Source: Escherichia coli
GTDB lineage: Bacteria; Pseudomonadota; Gammaproteobacteria; Enterobacterales; Enterobacteriaceae
Length of the DNA: 64,000 bases
Assembly (NCBI RefSeq): GCF_050920415.1
Contig: NZ_CP169309.1
Direction: 5' to 3' (one strand)
Both the position numbers and the translations under genes were made by a program. Under the pieces are notes generated by a model. That model searched no databases. It saw nothing but the letters and a program-made list of their open reading frames with translations, and had not been told where the DNA came from. Positions 8,772 to 20,738 of this stretch are shown here, in pieces (position 1 is the stretch's first letter; each line of letters opens with the position of its first letter).

Positions 8772-9260
8772 ATGGCAGCACCAAAGGGCAACCGATTTTG
8801 GGAGGCCCGCAGTAGTCATGGGCGAAATCCTAAATTCGAATCGCCTGAGGCGCTGTGGGCTGCTTGTTGTGAATACTTCGAGTGGGTGGAAGCTAACCCG
8901 CTATGGGAGATGAAGGCGTTCTCGTATCAGGGTGAAGTAATACAAGAGCCTATCGCCAAGATGCGAGCGATGACCATTACCGGCCTCACTCTGTTCATTG
9001 ATGTGACGCTTGAAACATGGCGCACATATCGCCTGCGAGAAGATTTATCTGAAGTCGTTACGCGAGCAGAACAGGTCATCTACGACCAGAAATTCTCTGG
9101 CGCAGCCGCTGACCTTCTCAACGCTAACATCATCGCCCGTGATTTGGGCCTCAAAGAGCAGTCGCAAGTTGAAGACGTGACACCTGATAAGGGAGATCGC
9201 GATAAGCGGCGCTCTCGTATCAAGGAGCTATTCAACCGTGGAACTGGACGCGATTCTTGA
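8772..9260 (+). CDS. Terminase small subunit (P22 gp3-like)
   Basis: 162 aa; matches P22 gp3 length and position as recalled. Confidence 0.85.
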   Translation: MAAPKGNRFWEARSSHGRNPKFESPEALWAACCEYFEWVEANPLWEMKAFSYQGEVIQEPIAKMRAMTITGLTLFIDVTLETWRTYRLREDLSEVVTRAEQVIYDQKFSGAAADLLNANIIARDLGLKEQSQVEDVTPDKGDRDKRRSRIKELFNRGTGRDS

Positions 9261-10737
9261 TAACCTGAGCGACGAAGAGCAAATCGAGTTGCTCGAGCTA
9301 CTCGAAGAAGAAGAGAACTACCGGAACACACACCTGCTATATGAATTTACGCCATACAGCAAGCAGCGTGAGTTCATCGACGCCGGGCATGACTATCCAG
9401 AGCGATGTTTTATGGCTGGTAACCAGCTTGGTAAGTCATTTACTGGTGCTGCTGAAGTCGCGTTTCACCTTACCGGTCGTTATCCGGGCACAAAAGGCTA
9501 TCCTGCTGATGGTAAATATGGCGGTGAGTGGAAAGGTAAGCGTTTCTATGAGCCTGTTGTCTTCTGGATTGGTGGAGAGACAAACGAGACTGTAACCAAA
9601 ACGACTCAACGCATCCTGTGCGGTCGTATCGAAGAGAATGGTGAGCCAGGCTACGGTTCCATACCGAAAGAAGACATCATTAGCTGGAAGAAGTCTCCTT
9701 TCTTTCCGAACCTTGTTGATCATCTTCTGGTTAAGCATCACACGGCTGATGGCGTTGAAGATGGCATTTCAATCTGCTACTTCAAACCATACTCGCAAGG
9801 CCGTGCTCGCTGGCAGGGTGACACAATCCACGGCGTGTGGTTTGACGAAGAGCCACCATACAGCATTTATGGCGAAGGTCTTACCCGTACCAACAAATAC
9901 GGGCAATTCTCAATTCTGACGTTTACCCCGCTGATGGGGATGTCTGACGTTGTTACCAAGTTCCTGAAGAATCCCAGCAAGTCTCAGAAAGTGGTCAACA
10001 TGACCATCTATGACGCTGAGCACTACACCGACGAGCAGAAAGAGCAAATCATCGCATCCTATCCTGAGCATGAGAGAGAGGCGCGTGCTCGCGGTATTCC
10101 TACGATGGGTAGTGGTCGAATCTTCCAGATACCGGAAGAGACGATTAAGTGTCAGCCGTTCGAGTGTCCTGATCACTTCTACGTAATTGGCGGTATGGAT
10201 TTCGGATGGGATCACCCGCAGGCGCAGGTTCAGCTTTGGTGGGATAAGGACGCAGACATAATCTACCTTTCACGCGTTTGGAAGGCGAAAGAAAAGACAG
10301 CCGTTCAGGCGTGGGGAGCTGTTAAACCATGGGCGCATAAAGTGCCAACCGCATGGCCTCATGACGGAAACCAGCACGAGAAGGGCGGCGGTGAGCAGCT
10401 CAAAGGGCAGTATGCGGACGCTGGATTTATGATGTTGCAGGAGCATGCGACATGGCCTGATGGCGGTAACGCTGTTGAGCCTGGCATCACTGAATTGCGA
10501 GACATGATGCTCGACGGTCGCTTCAAAGTATTCAACACCTGTGAGCCATTCTTTGAGGAGTTCCGCCTCTATCACCGTGATGAAAACGGGAAAATCGTCA
10601 AGCTTAACGACGACGTGCTATCCGCCGTTCGCTATGCATACATGATGCGCCGCTTCGCAAAAATGATGCGCGACATCAAAAAGCCAAAAGAGAAAAAGAT
10701 ACCAGCCCCAATCAGGCCCATCGCACGGAGAACTTAA
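9238..10737 (+). CDS. Terminase large subunit (P22 gp2-like)
   Basis: 499 aa; position between small terminase and portal. Confidence 0.85.
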   Translation: MELDAILDNLSDEEQIELLELLEEEENYRNTHLLYEFTPYSKQREFIDAGHDYPERCFMAGNQLGKSFTGAAEVAFHLTGRYPGTKGYPADGKYGGEWKGKRFYEPVVFWIGGETNETVTKTTQRILCGRIEENGEPGYGSIPKEDIISWKKSPFFPNLVDHLLVKHHTADGVEDGISICYFKPYSQGRARWQGDTIHGVWFDEEPPYSIYGEGLTRTNKYGQFSILTFTPLMGMSDVVTKFLKNPSKSQKVVNMTIYDAEHYTDEQKEQIIASYPEHEREARARGIPTMGSGRIFQIPEETIKCQPFECPDHFYVIGGMDFGWDHPQAQVQLWWDKDADIIYLSRVWKAKEKTAVQAWGAVKPWAHKVPTAWPHDGNQHEKGGGEQLKGQYADAGFMMLQEHATWPDGGNAVEPGITELRDMMLDGRFKVFNTCEPFFEEFRLYHRDENGKIVKLNDDVLSAVRYAYMMRRFAKMMRDIKKPKEKKIPAPIRPIARRT

Positions 10738-12903
10738 ATGGCCGACGAAAACAGACTCAATTCCATTCTGTGTAAGTTTGACGCAGACTGGATGGCGAGC
10801 GATGAAGCCAGAACCGAGGCGACAAATGACCTGTATTTTAGCCGAGTGTCGCAATGGGATGACTGGCTATCAAACTACACCACCCTGCAATATCGCGGAC
10901 AATTCGATGTTGTTCGCCCGGTGGTCAGGAAGCTGGTCGCAGAGATGCGCCGGAACCCTATCGATGTTCTCTTCAGACCAAAAGACGGCGCTAATCCTGA
11001 TGCTGCCGATGTGCTGATGGGGATGTATCGTACTGATATGCGCCATAATACGGCAAAAATTGCCGTTAACGTTGGCGTTCGTGAGCAGATAGAGTCAGGC
11101 GTTGGTGCATGGCGTCTGGTCACGCAGTACGAAGACAACGATCCAACAAGCAACAATCAGGTAATCCGACGCCTGCCAATCCATGAAGCCTGCTCACACG
11201 TCATATGGGACGCCAACAGCAAGCAGATGGATAAGAGCGACGCTAAGCACTGCACGGTGATTAACGCCTTGTCGCGCAATGGCTGGAAAGAGTTCGCAGA
11301 GGATTACGGTATTGATCCGGACACGCTGCCATCTTTCCAGAATCCAAACGATACATGGCTGTTTCCGTGGGTATCGAATGATGTCGTCTACGTCGCTGAG
11401 TATTACGAGGTCGAAGAGAAGAAAGAGAAAGTCTTCATCTACCGCGACCCGCTGACAGGTGAGCCGGTCAGCTATTACCAGCAGGATATCAAAGACGTCA
11501 TCGACGACCTGGCTAATCGTGGATTCATTAAGGTAGCAGAGCGCAAGGTGAAGCGTCGGCGTGTGTATAAGTCGATCGTCACCTGCACGCAGATACTGAA
11601 AGACCGCGAGAAGATAGCCGGAGAGCATATTCCAATCGTTCCAGTATATGGCGAATGGTCATTCGCTGGTGACAAGGAGTGCTACGAAGGAGTGGTAAGG
11701 CTGACGAAAGACGGTCAACGCCTTCGTAACATGATCATGTCATTCAACGCCGATATTGTTGCTCGTTCACCGAAGAAGAAACCGACCTTCTTCCCTGAGC
11801 AAATCGAAGGCTACGAATACATGTACGGTGGAAATGATGACTATCCGTACTATCTGCAGAACAGGACCGATGAAAACGGCAACGACCTGCCGATTGGTCC
11901 AATCTCCTACATGGAAAACCCTGAAGTGCCGCAAGCCAACGCTTACATGCTTGAGGCTGCCACCAACGCAGTGAAAGAGGTGGCTAGTCTTGGTGTGGAT
12001 GCGCAGGCAGCAAACTCTCAGGTCGCTTTCGATACCGTCAATCAACTGAACATGCGGGCAGACCTTGAGACATACGTGTTTCAGGATAACCTTGCTACCG
12101 CAATGCGACGTGATGGCGAGATTTATGCTTCAATGGTCAATGATATTTATGACGTTCCTCGTCATGTAACGCTGACACTTGAAGATGGTAGCGAGAAAGA
12201 CGTTCAACTCTACGCGCAAGTTGTAGATTACCAGTCCGGTAATGTGGTCACACTCAACGACATTCGCGGTCGCTATGAGTGCTATACCGACGTTGGACCA
12301 TCCTTCCAGAGTATGAAGGAACAGAACCGCGCAGAGATTCAGGAGTTACTCACCAAGGTTCCGCAAGGTACTCCAGAGTTCCAGATGCTGATGTTGCAAT
12401 ACTTCACGCTGCTTGACGGTAAAGGCGTCGAGATGATGCGAGAGTACGCGAACAAGCAACTGGTGATGATGTGGCTGAAGAAACCAGAAACACCTGAAGA
12501 GATGGAGATGGTGCAACAGGCGCAACAGCAGCCGCAGCAGCCATCAGCAGAGCAAATTCAGGCGCAGGGTATCCTTCTGCAAGGTCAGGCTGAATTGATC
12601 AAGGCAGAGAACCAACAGGCGCAGATTCAGGTTGAAGCCGCCAAGGTTGAAGCCCAAAACCAACTCAACGCCGCGAAGATTGCAGAAATCTTCAACAATA
12701 TGGACCTCGACAAGCAGGCAGAACTGCGTGAGTACCTCAAGCTCGTAGGTCAATTCCAGCAACAGCGCAGCAAAGATGCTCGTGCTAACGCTGAGCTGCT
12801 TCTTAAAGATGCAGACCAGACTCATTCACAACGCATGGATTTCGCGAATCTTATGCGTCAAGTTCAAATCCCCTCCGGCGGAGTAGCCGAGACACCTCAA
12901 TAA
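10738..12903 (+). CDS. Portal protein (P22 gp1-like)
   Basis: 721 aa; translation closely matches recalled P22 portal (..[30 protein letters not shown]..). Confidence 0.95.
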   Translation: MADENRLNSILCKFDADWMASDEARTEATNDLYFSRVSQWDDWLSNYTTLQYRGQFDVVRPVVRKLVAEMRRNPIDVLFRPKDGANPDAADVLMGMYRTDMRHNTAKIAVNVGVREQIESGVGAWRLVTQYEDNDPTSNNQVIRRLPIHEACSHVIWDANSKQMDKSDAKHCTVINALSRNGWKEFAEDYGIDPDTLPSFQNPNDTWLFPWVSNDVVYVAEYYEVEEKKEKVFIYRDPLTGEPVSYYQQDIKDVIDDLANRGFIKVAERKVKRRRVYKSIVTCTQILKDREKIAGEHIPIVPVYGEWSFAGDKECYEGVVRLTKDGQRLRNMIMSFNADIVARSPKKKPTFFPEQIEGYEYMYGGNDDYPYYLQNRTDENGNDLPIGPISYMENPEVPQANAYMLEAATNAVKEVASLGVDAQAANSQVAFDTVNQLNMRADLETYVFQDNLATAMRRDGEIYASMVNDIYDVPRHVTLTLEDGSEKDVQLYAQVVDYQSGNVVTLNDIRGRYECYTDVGPSFQSMKEQNRAEIQELLTKVPQGTPEFQMLMLQYFTLLDGKGVEMMREYANKQLVMMWLKKPETPEEMEMVQQAQQQPQQPSAEQIQAQGILLQGQAELIKAENQQAQIQVEAAKVEAQNQLNAAKIAEIFNNMDLDKQAELREYLKLVGQFQQQRSKDARANAELLLKDADQTHSQRMDFANLMRQVQIPSGGVAETPQ

Positions 12904-12916
12904 GAGAGAGTTAACC

Positions 12917-13828
12917 ATGGACCAAACCACCGACATTCAGGCTTCTGAAGAATTAACCCTGCCCGGCAATCATGCAGCGGCATCTGCTGATGGCTTAGTT
13001 GTCGATAATGCCAACGACAGCGCAGGTCAGGAAGAAGGCTTTGAGATTGTCCTGAAAGACGATGAGAAACCAAAACAAGACCCGGCAACTAATGCTGAAT
13101 TTGCCCGTCGCCGCATCGAACGCAAACGCCAGCGTGAGCTTGAGCAGCAGATGGAAGCGGTTAAGCGTGGAGAGTTGCCGGAGCACCTGCGGGTGAACCC
13201 TGAGTTACCAAAACAACCAGACCCTAACGATTATCTTTCCGAAGATGCACTGGCTAAGTACGACTATGACCAGAGCCGCGCACTGGCTGCCTTCCAGCAG
13301 GCAAACAGTGAATGGCAGATCAAGGCCATGGACGCACGAAGCCAGGCTGTCGCCGAGCAGGGTCGCAAAACTCAGGAGTTCACCCAGCAATCAGCGCAAT
13401 ACGTCGAGGCAGCCCGTAAGCACTACGACGCAGCGGAAAAGCTCAATATCCCTGACTATCAGGAGAAAGAGGATGCATTCATGCAACTGGTGCCGCCAGC
13501 AGTCGGTGCCGACATCATGCGCCTCTTCCCGGAGAAATCCGCTGCTCTCATGTATCACCTTGGTGCTAATCCTGAGAAAACACGCCAGTTACTGGCGATG
13601 GACGGGCAATCCGCGCTGATTGAACTCACTCGACTGTCAGAACGTTTAACTCTCAAGCCTCGAGCCAAGTCTGTTTCAGAAGCCCCGTTACCTGATGAAC
13701 CCATTCAGGGACACGCTGTTGCTGCAAATATCTCTGCGATTGAAAAGCAGATGGAAGCGGCAGCAAACAAAGGTGATGTAGAGACGTACCGCAAGCTTAA
13801 GGCGCAACTGAATAAAGGAATTCGATAA
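12917..13828 (+). CDS. Scaffolding protein (P22 gp8-like)
   Basis: 303 aa, acidic/helical, between portal and coat. Confidence 0.85.
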   Translation: MDQTTDIQASEELTLPGNHAAASADGLVVDNANDSAGQEEGFEIVLKDDEKPKQDPATNAEFARRRIERKRQRELEQQMEAVKRGELPEHLRVNPELPKQPDPNDYLSEDALAKYDYDQSRALAAFQQANSEWQIKAMDARSQAVAEQGRKTQEFTQQSAQYVEAARKHYDAAEKLNIPDYQEKEDAFMQLVPPAVGADIMRLFPEKSAALMYHLGANPEKTRQLLAMDGQSALIELTRLSERLTLKPRAKSVSEAPLPDEPIQGHAVAANISAIEKQMEAAANKGDVETYRKLKAQLNKGIR

Positions 13829-15123
13829 TGGCATTAAATGAAGGTCAACTGGTCACATATGCTCTGGATGAAATCATCGAAACCGTCCAGAACCTGACGC
13901 CAATGGCGTCCAAAGTGACAAAATACACCCCTCCGGCAGAATCCATGCAACGTTCAAGCAACACCGTGTGGATGCCTGTTGAGCAGGAAGCGCCAACTCA
14001 GACAGGCTGGGATTTAACTGGCAACGCAACCGGGATTCTGGAACTCTCCGTGAAATGCAACATGGGCGATCCGGATAACGATTTCTTCGAGCTTCGTGCA
14101 GATGACCTGCGTGATGAGCGTTCTTACCGTCGCCGCATCCAGGCATCCGCCAAAAAACTGGCGAATAACATTGAGTCAGCAATTGCCAAACAGGCAACCG
14201 AAATGGGCTCACTTGTTGTTCACGATACCCGCGCAATTGGTCCATCTACTGGCCTGTCTGGCTGGGATTTTGTGTCTGATGCAGAGCGCCTGATGTTCTC
14301 CCGTGAGCTAAACCGCGATATGGGCATCAGTTACTTCCTGAACCCTGACGATTACCGCAAAGCAGGCCGCAACCTGGTAGATGGTGACATCTTTGGGCGC
14401 GTTCCTGAAGAAGCGTATCGTAACGGTACTATTCAGCGTCAGATTGCTGGCTTTGATGAAATTCTTCGCTCACCGAAACTTCCGGCAGTTACCAAGTCAA
14501 CCGCTACTGGTGTAACTGTTTCTGGTGCGCAGAAGTTTAAGCCGCAGGCATACACCCTTGATACCGATGGTAACAAAGAGAACGTCGACAACCGTGTTGC
14601 AACGGTGACCGTATCCTCCACCACCGGATTTAAGCGCGGCGACAAAATCAGCTTCACTGGTGTGAAATTCCTATCTCAGATGGCGAAGAACGTGCTGACT
14701 GATGATGCTACTTTCTCAATCACCCGAGTGATCGATAGTACTCACATCGAAATCACGCCGAAGCCGATTGCGCTGGATGACTCGTCACTGACAAAAGAAG
14801 AGAAGGCTTACGCTAACGTAAACACCTCTCTTGCTGATGCCACTCCGGTAAACGTTCTGAACGTGGCAACAACCACCGCTAACGTGTTCTGGGCTGATGA
14901 CTCAATCCGCCTGCTGTCTCAGCCGATTCCGGTAACCCATGAACTGTTTGCTGGCATGAAAACTTCTTCCTTCAGCATTCCAGGTATTGGTGTTAACGGC
15001 ATCTTCGCAACGCAGGGTGATATCAACACTCTGTCTGGCAAGTGCCGTATTGCTGTGTGGTATTCAGCATGTGCTGTACGACCAGAGGCAATTGGTGTTG
15101 GTCTGCCTAACCAGACTGCGTGA
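13828..15123 (+). CDS. Major coat protein (P22 gp5-like)
   Basis: 431 aa; matches recalled P22 coat (MALNEGQ.., ..[27 protein letters not shown]..). Confidence 0.95.
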   Translation: MALNEGQLVTYALDEIIETVQNLTPMASKVTKYTPPAESMQRSSNTVWMPVEQEAPTQTGWDLTGNATGILELSVKCNMGDPDNDFFELRADDLRDERSYRRRIQASAKKLANNIESAIAKQATEMGSLVVHDTRAIGPSTGLSGWDFVSDAERLMFSRELNRDMGISYFLNPDDYRKAGRNLVDGDIFGRVPEEAYRNGTIQRQIAGFDEILRSPKLPAVTKSTATGVTVSGAQKFKPQAYTLDTDGNKENVDNRVATVTVSSTTGFKRGDKISFTGVKFLSQMAKNVLTDDATFSITRVIDSTHIEITPKPIALDDSSLTKEEKAYANVNTSLADATPVNVLNVATTTANVFWADDSIRLLSQPIPVTHELFAGMKTSSFSIPGIGVNGIFATQGDINTLSGKCRIAVWYSACAVRPEAIGVGLPNQTA

Positions 15124-15131
15124 TAACCAGA

Positions 15132-15154
15132 GGGAGCTTCGGCTCCCTTTTTTA
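15132..15154 (+). terminator. Rho-independent terminator after coat gene
   Basis: GGGAGC-TTCG-GCTCCC hairpin followed by TTTTTTAT. Confidence 0.75.
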
Positions 15155-15167
15155 TCTGGAGACAAGC

Positions 15168-15405
<238 letters not shown>

Positions 15406-15428
<23 letters not shown>

Positions 15429-15906
15429 TTTAGTTCTTGCGGCATTACGTAAGCTCGGTGTGGCATCAAATGCCACGTTAACCGATGTCGAACCGCAGTC
15501 TATGGAAGACGGCGTCAACGACCTTGAAATGATGATGGCTGAATGGCTTGGCGGTGATGTGTCACCTGGTATCAACGTTGGCTACATTTTCGCTGATGCA
15601 GATGTCGCTCCAGATCCGGGCGATGAGCACGGTTTATCAAATAACGCTATCAATGCTGTCATTTTCAACCTTGCCTGCCGCATTGCACCGGATTATGCGC
15701 TGGAAGCGCCTGCAAAACTTATAACCACTGCCAGATACGGGAAAGAGCGACTCGTCAAACTGTCTGCAATGGACAGAGCAAAAGCCGCTAAATGTAAGTC
15801 CGGTTATCCAAACCGTATGCCTGTTGGTAGCGGTAACCAGTTGGCGAAGTGGAACGGTTGGAATTACTTCCACCGAAAGGAACCTTGCGATAACGGGAGC
15901 GAATAA
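15406..15906 (+). CDS. Head completion/tail accessory protein (P22 gp4-like)
   Basis: Start at internal ATG 15406 ([32 protein letters not shown]..), resembles P22 gp4 as recalled. Confidence 0.8.
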
Positions 15907-17324
15907 TGCCGATTCAGCAACTTCCGCTCATGAAAGGTGTCGGCAAAGATTTCCGAAACGCCGACTATATCGACTATCTGCCAGTGAATATGTTGGCTAC
16001 ACCCAAAGAAATCCTCAACAGCAGCGGATATCTTCGCTCATTCCCGGGCATTGCCAAACGCTCTGATGTGAATGGTGTATCGCGCGGTGTCGAGTACAAC
16101 ATGGCGCAGAATGCTGTTTATCGCGTTTGCGGTGGCAAGCTGTACAAAGGAGAAAGTGAAGTCGGTGACGTTGACGGAAGTGGTCGTGTATCAATGGCGC
16201 ATGGTCGGACATCACAGGCGATAGGCGTTAATGGTCAACTGGTCGAGTATCGCTATGATGGCACGGTTAAAACCGTCTCAAACTGGCCTACAGACAGCGG
16301 ATTCACACAGTACGAGTTAGGTTCAGTTCGCGACATTACGCGCTTACGTGGGCGTTATGCGTGGTCAAAAGACGGAACTGATTCATGGTTTATCACTGAC
16401 CCTGAAGACGAATCGCACCCTGACCGATACAGTGCACAATATCGCGCAGAATCGCAGCCGGACGGCATCATCGGTATCGGGACATGGCGAGACTTCATCG
16501 TCTGCTTTGGTTCTTCGACGATTGAGTATTTTTCCCTGACTGGTGCAACCACCGTTGGTTCTGCTTTGTATGTCGCCCAGCCATCGCTGATGGTGCAGAA
16601 AGGCATTGCCGGGACTTACTGCAAAACGCCATTCGCTGATTCTTATGCGTTTATCAGCAATCCGGCAACAGGTGCGCCGTCTGTGTATATCATTGGCTCC
16701 GGTCAGGTGTCACCAATCGCCAGCGCGAGCATTGAGAAAATTCTCCGCTCCTACACTGCTGATGAACTGGCTGATGGTGTGATGGAGTCTCTGCGATTTG
16801 ATGCGCATGAGCTGCTGATTATCCATCTTCCGCGCCATGTTCTGGTGTACGACGCATCTTCAAGCGCCAATGGTCCGCAATGGTGTGTGCTGAAAACAGG
16901 CCTGTATGACGATGTGTACCGCGCTATCGACTTCATTTACGAAGGCAATCAGATAACGTGCGGCGATAAGCTGGAATCCGTGACCGGGAAATTGCAGTTC
17001 GATATCAGCAGTCAGTACGACAAGCAACAGGAACACCTGCTGTTTACTCCTTTGTTCAAAGCAGATAACGCCAGAGTTTTCGACCTTGAAGTTGAATCTT
17101 CAACTGGCGTTGCGCAGTACGCCGACCGCCTGTTCCTCTCTGCAACCACTGACGGCATAAATTACGGTCGTGAGCAGATGATTGAGCAGAATGAACCGTT
17201 CGTTTACGACAAACGCGTTTTGTGGAAGCGTGTCGGGCGCATCAGGAAAAATGTCGGCTTCAAATTGCGCGTTATCACGAAGTCACCTGTAACTCTGTCT
17301 GGCGCTCAGATAAGGATTGAGTAA
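15906..17324 (+). CDS. Tail accessory protein (P22 gp10-like)
   Basis: 472 aa; position in P22 gene order. Confidence 0.8.
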   Translation: MPIQQLPLMKGVGKDFRNADYIDYLPVNMLATPKEILNSSGYLRSFPGIAKRSDVNGVSRGVEYNMAQNAVYRVCGGKLYKGESEVGDVDGSGRVSMAHGRTSQAIGVNGQLVEYRYDGTVKTVSNWPTDSGFTQYELGSVRDITRLRGRYAWSKDGTDSWFITDPEDESHPDRYSAQYRAESQPDGIIGIGTWRDFIVCFGSSTIEYFSLTGATTVGSALYVAQPSLMVQKGIAGTYCKTPFADSYAFISNPATGAPSVYIIGSGQVSPIASASIEKILRSYTADELADGVMESLRFDAHELLIIHLPRHVLVYDASSSANGPQWCVLKTGLYDDVYRAIDFIYEGNQITCGDKLESVTGKLQFDISSQYDKQQEHLLFTPLFKADNARVFDLEVESSTGVAQYADRLFLSATTDGINYGREQMIEQNEPFVYDKRVLWKRVGRIRKNVGFKLRVITKSPVTLSGAQIRIE

Positions 17325-18172
17325 TGGCGGATTCGAATCTCAATGTGCCGGTAATCATCCAGGCTACGCGGCTCGATACATCAGTCCTTCCACGCAATAT
17401 CTTCTCGCAGTCGTATCTGCTGTACGTTATCGCGCAAGGTACTGATGTTGGTAACGTGGCTAACAAGGCCAACGAGGCCGGACAGGGCGCTTATGATGCA
17501 CAGGTCAGGAACGATGAGCAGGATGTGATTCTCGCTGACCATGAGCAGCGAATTTCTGCTGCGGAAGCAACGCTTGTTAATCATGAGGAGCGAATCAGCC
17601 AGGCAGAATCAACTCTTCAGGAACATGAAACGCGAATCGCTCAGAATGAAAGCGATATTGCGTCGCTTGATACCAGAGTTCAGTCGCTGGAATCGCAGGT
17701 TTCAGATCATGAATCGCGCATTGATGCTCTGGATTATGCAACCACGCGCAAGAAGTCAGAGGTTGTTTACTCTGGCGTATCAGTAACCATTCCGACAGCG
17801 CCGACCAACCTTGTTAGCCTACTGAAAACGCTCACGCCGTCATCCGGCTCGTTGACACCATTCTTCGACACCGTTAACAACAAGATGGTTGTGTTCAACG
17901 AGAACAAAACCTTGTTCTTCAAGCTGTCGATCGTCGGGACGTGGCCCAGCGGAACCGCCAACAGGTCAATGCAACTAAGCTTTTCCGGCTCTGTTCCTGA
18001 CACACTGGTAAGCAGTCGCAACTCGGCGACAACAACCGATAACATCCTGTTAGCTACGTTCTTCAGCGTGGATAAAGACGGCTTTCTTGCCACAAATGGC
18101 AGTACGTTAACCATTCAGTCAAATGGTGCGGCGTTTACTGCCACAACCATCAAAATCATTGCGGAGCAGTGA
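17324..18172 (+). CDS. Tail needle protein (P22 gp26-like, long C-terminal domain)
   Basis: Heptad-repeat coiled coil ([40 protein letters not shown]..); 282 aa. Confidence 0.8.
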   Translation: MADSNLNVPVIIQATRLDTSVLPRNIFSQSYLLYVIAQGTDVGNVANKANEAGQGAYDAQVRNDEQDVILADHEQRISAAEATLVNHEERISQAESTLQEHETRIAQNESDIASLDTRVQSLESQVSDHESRIDALDYATTRKKSEVVYSGVSVTIPTAPTNLVSLLKTLTPSSGSLTPFFDTVNNKMVVFNENKTLFFKLSIVGTWPSGTANRSMQLSFSGSVPDTLVSSRNSATTTDNILLATFFSVDKDGFLATNGSTLTIQSNGAAFTATTIKIIAEQ

Positions 18173-18627
18173 TGATTCAGTTCAAACCAACGCGAAACAT
18201 CGACTTGATCGAAGCAGTCGGAAATCACCCTGACATTATTGCCGGGAGCAACAACGGTGATGGATACGACTACAAACCTGATTGCCGTTACTTTGAGGTG
18301 AACGTGCACGGGCAGTTCGGCGGCATTGTTTACTATCAGGAGATTCAGCCGCTGACATTCGATTGCCACGCCATGTACCTGCCAGAGATTCGCGGCTTCA
18401 GCAAGGAAATTGGGCTGGCGTTCTGGCGATACATTCTGACTAACACCACCGTCCAGTGTGTCACATCGTTCGCCGCACGCAAATTCCGCCACGGTCAGAT
18501 GTACTGCGCAATGATTGGCCTTAAGCGTGTAGGAACCATCAAGAAATACTTCAAAGGCGTGGATGACGTGACTTTTTACAGCGCCACACGCGAAGAACTA
18601 ATCGACTTCCTGAATCACGGGAGATAG
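18169..18627 (+). CDS. Head assembly protein (P22 gp14-like)
   Basis: 152 aa; position in P22 gene order. Confidence 0.7.
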   Translation: MMIQFKPTRNIDLIEAVGNHPDIIAGSNNGDGYDYKPDCRYFEVNVHGQFGGIVYYQEIQPLTFDCHAMYLPEIRGFSKEIGLAFWRYILTNTTVQCVTSFAARKFRHGQMYCAMIGLKRVGTIKKYFKGVDDVTFYSATREELIDFLNHGR

Positions 18628-18629
18628 CC

Positions 18630-19322
18630 ATGTTATATGCATTTAAGCTGGGCAGAAAACTGCGCGGCGAGGAACCTTATTGCCCTGAAAAAGGCGGGAA
18701 AGGTGGCAGCTCTGATAAAAGCGCAAAGTATGCAGCAGAAGCTCAGAAGTATGCTGCAGATCTGCAAAATCAGCAGTGGCAGACGATCATGAAAAACCTT
18801 GCTCCGTTCACGCCTCTTGCGGAGCAGTATGTTAACCAGCTTCAGAACCTTTCCAGTTTAGAAGGTCAGGGGCAGGCACTTAATCAGTATTACAACTCTC
18901 AGCAGTATAAAGACCTTGCAGGTCAGGCTCGTTACCAGAGTCTTGCTGCTGCGGAGGCTACGGGAGGACTTGGTTCGACAGCCACAAGCAATCAACTGGC
19001 TACGATCGCGCCTACACTCGGTCAGTCTTGGTTATCAAACCAGATGAGCAATTACAACAATCTGGCAAACGTTGGGCTTGGTGCGCTGCAAGGTCAGGCA
19101 AACGCCGGGCAGACGTACGCCAACAACATGAGCAGCATTGCACAGCAAAGCGCAGCACTTGCCGCTGCTAATGCCAATAAACCATCAAGTCTTCAGACTG
19201 CAATTAGCGGTGGCACGTCTGGTGCGATTGCCGGTGCAGGTCTTGCCAGCCTTTTGGGAACATCAACGCCTTGGGGCGCTGGCATTGGTGCTGGTATCGG
19301 ATTGCTTGGCTCGTTGTTTTAA
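18630..19322 (+). CDS. Ejection (injection) protein, gp7-like
   Basis: 230 aa; Gln/Ala-rich with Gly-rich hydrophobic C-terminus; position. Confidence 0.75.
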   Translation: MLYAFKLGRKLRGEEPYCPEKGGKGGSSDKSAKYAAEAQKYAADLQNQQWQTIMKNLAPFTPLAEQYVNQLQNLSSLEGQGQALNQYYNSQQYKDLAGQARYQSLAAAEATGGLGSTATSNQLATIAPTLGQSWLSNQMSNYNNLANVGLGALQGQANAGQTYANNMSSIAQQSAALAAANANKPSSLQTAISGGTSGAIAGAGLASLLGTSTPWGAGIGAGIGLLGSLF

Positions 19323-19331
19323 GGGGTAATC

Positions 19332-20738
19332 ATGGCTACTTGGCAAGGAACAAACGGCGGATTGTTGGCTGGTATCGGCGGCGTCAACTCAAACGCTCCG
19401 AGCGTAAATGACATCGGCAATACGCTTCAGCTTATCAGGCAGAACAATGATATTGAGCGTTCAGGCGCTAACAATGTTGGGCTGACTGCTTTGCAAGGCC
19501 TTTCAGGTATTGCGGGGGTGTTTCAGCAGGAAAAGCAGGCTCAGCGGCAGAAAGAATTTCAGCAGGCATACGCTAATGCTTATGCGTCTGGTGATCGCGG
19601 TGCTTTGCGTCAGTTGGCTACTCAATATCCAGACCAGATTGAATCCGTTCGTAAAGGCATGGGATTCATTGATGAAGACCAGCGTAATTCTATCGGCACC
19701 TTAGCGGCTGGCGCTCGCCTTGCGGCATCGTCTCCAGAAGCGATGCAATCATGGCTGCAAAACAACGCCAAGGAACTGACTCGCGTAGGTGTTGACCCTA
19801 ACAACGTTGCTCAGATGTATCAGCAGAATCCTTCAGGATTTGGTGAGTTTGTTGATCACCTTGGGATGGCTGCTCTTGGTCCGATTGATTACTTCAATGT
19901 TCAGGACAAGATGGCTGGTCGTGAAATTGACCGAGGCAGGCTGGCAGAGACAATCCGCAGCAATCAGGCTGGCGAGGCACTTCAGGCGAGAGGGCAAAAC
20001 CTTTCCTATCAGTCAGCAATGACTGGACACAATATCGCAGCGCAACGCTTGGCTCTGGATCAGCAAGAGTTCGGGTTTAAGATGCAGCAAGCGCAGGAAA
20101 AGGCTCAGCAGTTGATTAGCGAAGCACCTAAGCTGTCAGTAAACATGGAAAAAGGCATCGAGACGGCTGTAAACAATGCCACAGCATCATCAAACTCAGC
20201 CAATTCCATGAGTGCGCTTGCTCAACAGTTCAGAGCAGAAAAACCAACGACAGGTTTGTTCGGTAACGCACAGAACATGTTCGCAAAACTTACCGGAAGC
20301 GATACGACATTGCGTGATTTGCGCATTCGCCAAAATGCCCTTGTTAACAGTCAGGTTCTTAAATTCCTACCTCCCGGCCCAGCAACGGATAAAGACGTTG
20401 AGATCGTTCGACAGGGTGCGCCAACTGACATGGATAACCCTGAGACGGTCGCAAGATGGCTTGATGCAATGGCAAACCTTGAGCGACGAAACGCGCAGTT
20501 TAATGAGTTTAAAGCCGAGTGGATGAGCGCGAATGGCAACCCTGGACAATCGCGTAATGGCGGTCAGATATTGGGGTTGGATGTTAAAAAAGGTGAATCA
20601 TTGGGGAGTGCCGTTAAGCGGTATATGTCAATGAATACTGACGCAGCGCCAGCACAAGATTCGACACCTTCAGGAGAACCACGGAATCAGGTTGGATCAT
20701 ATACCTCAAAATCAGGCATTCAATTTACGGTGGAATGA
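19332..20738 (+). CDS. Ejection protein, gp20-like
   Basis: 468 aa; position. Confidence 0.75.
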   Translation: MATWQGTNGGLLAGIGGVNSNAPSVNDIGNTLQLIRQNNDIERSGANNVGLTALQGLSGIAGVFQQEKQAQRQKEFQQAYANAYASGDRGALRQLATQYPDQIESVRKGMGFIDEDQRNSIGTLAAGARLAASSPEAMQSWLQNNAKELTRVGVDPNNVAQMYQQNPSGFGEFVDHLGMAALGPIDYFNVQDKMAGREIDRGRLAETIRSNQAGEALQARGQNLSYQSAMTGHNIAAQRLALDQQEFGFKMQQAQEKAQQLISEAPKLSVNMEKGIETAVNNATASSNSANSMSALAQQFRAEKPTTGLFGNAQNMFAKLTGSDTTLRDLRIRQNALVNSQVLKFLPPGPATDKDVEIVRQGAPTDMDNPETVARWLDAMANLERRNAQFNEFKAEWMSANGNPGQSRNGGQILGLDVKKGESLGSAVKRYMSMNTDAAPAQDSTPSGEPRNQVGSYTSKSGIQFTVE

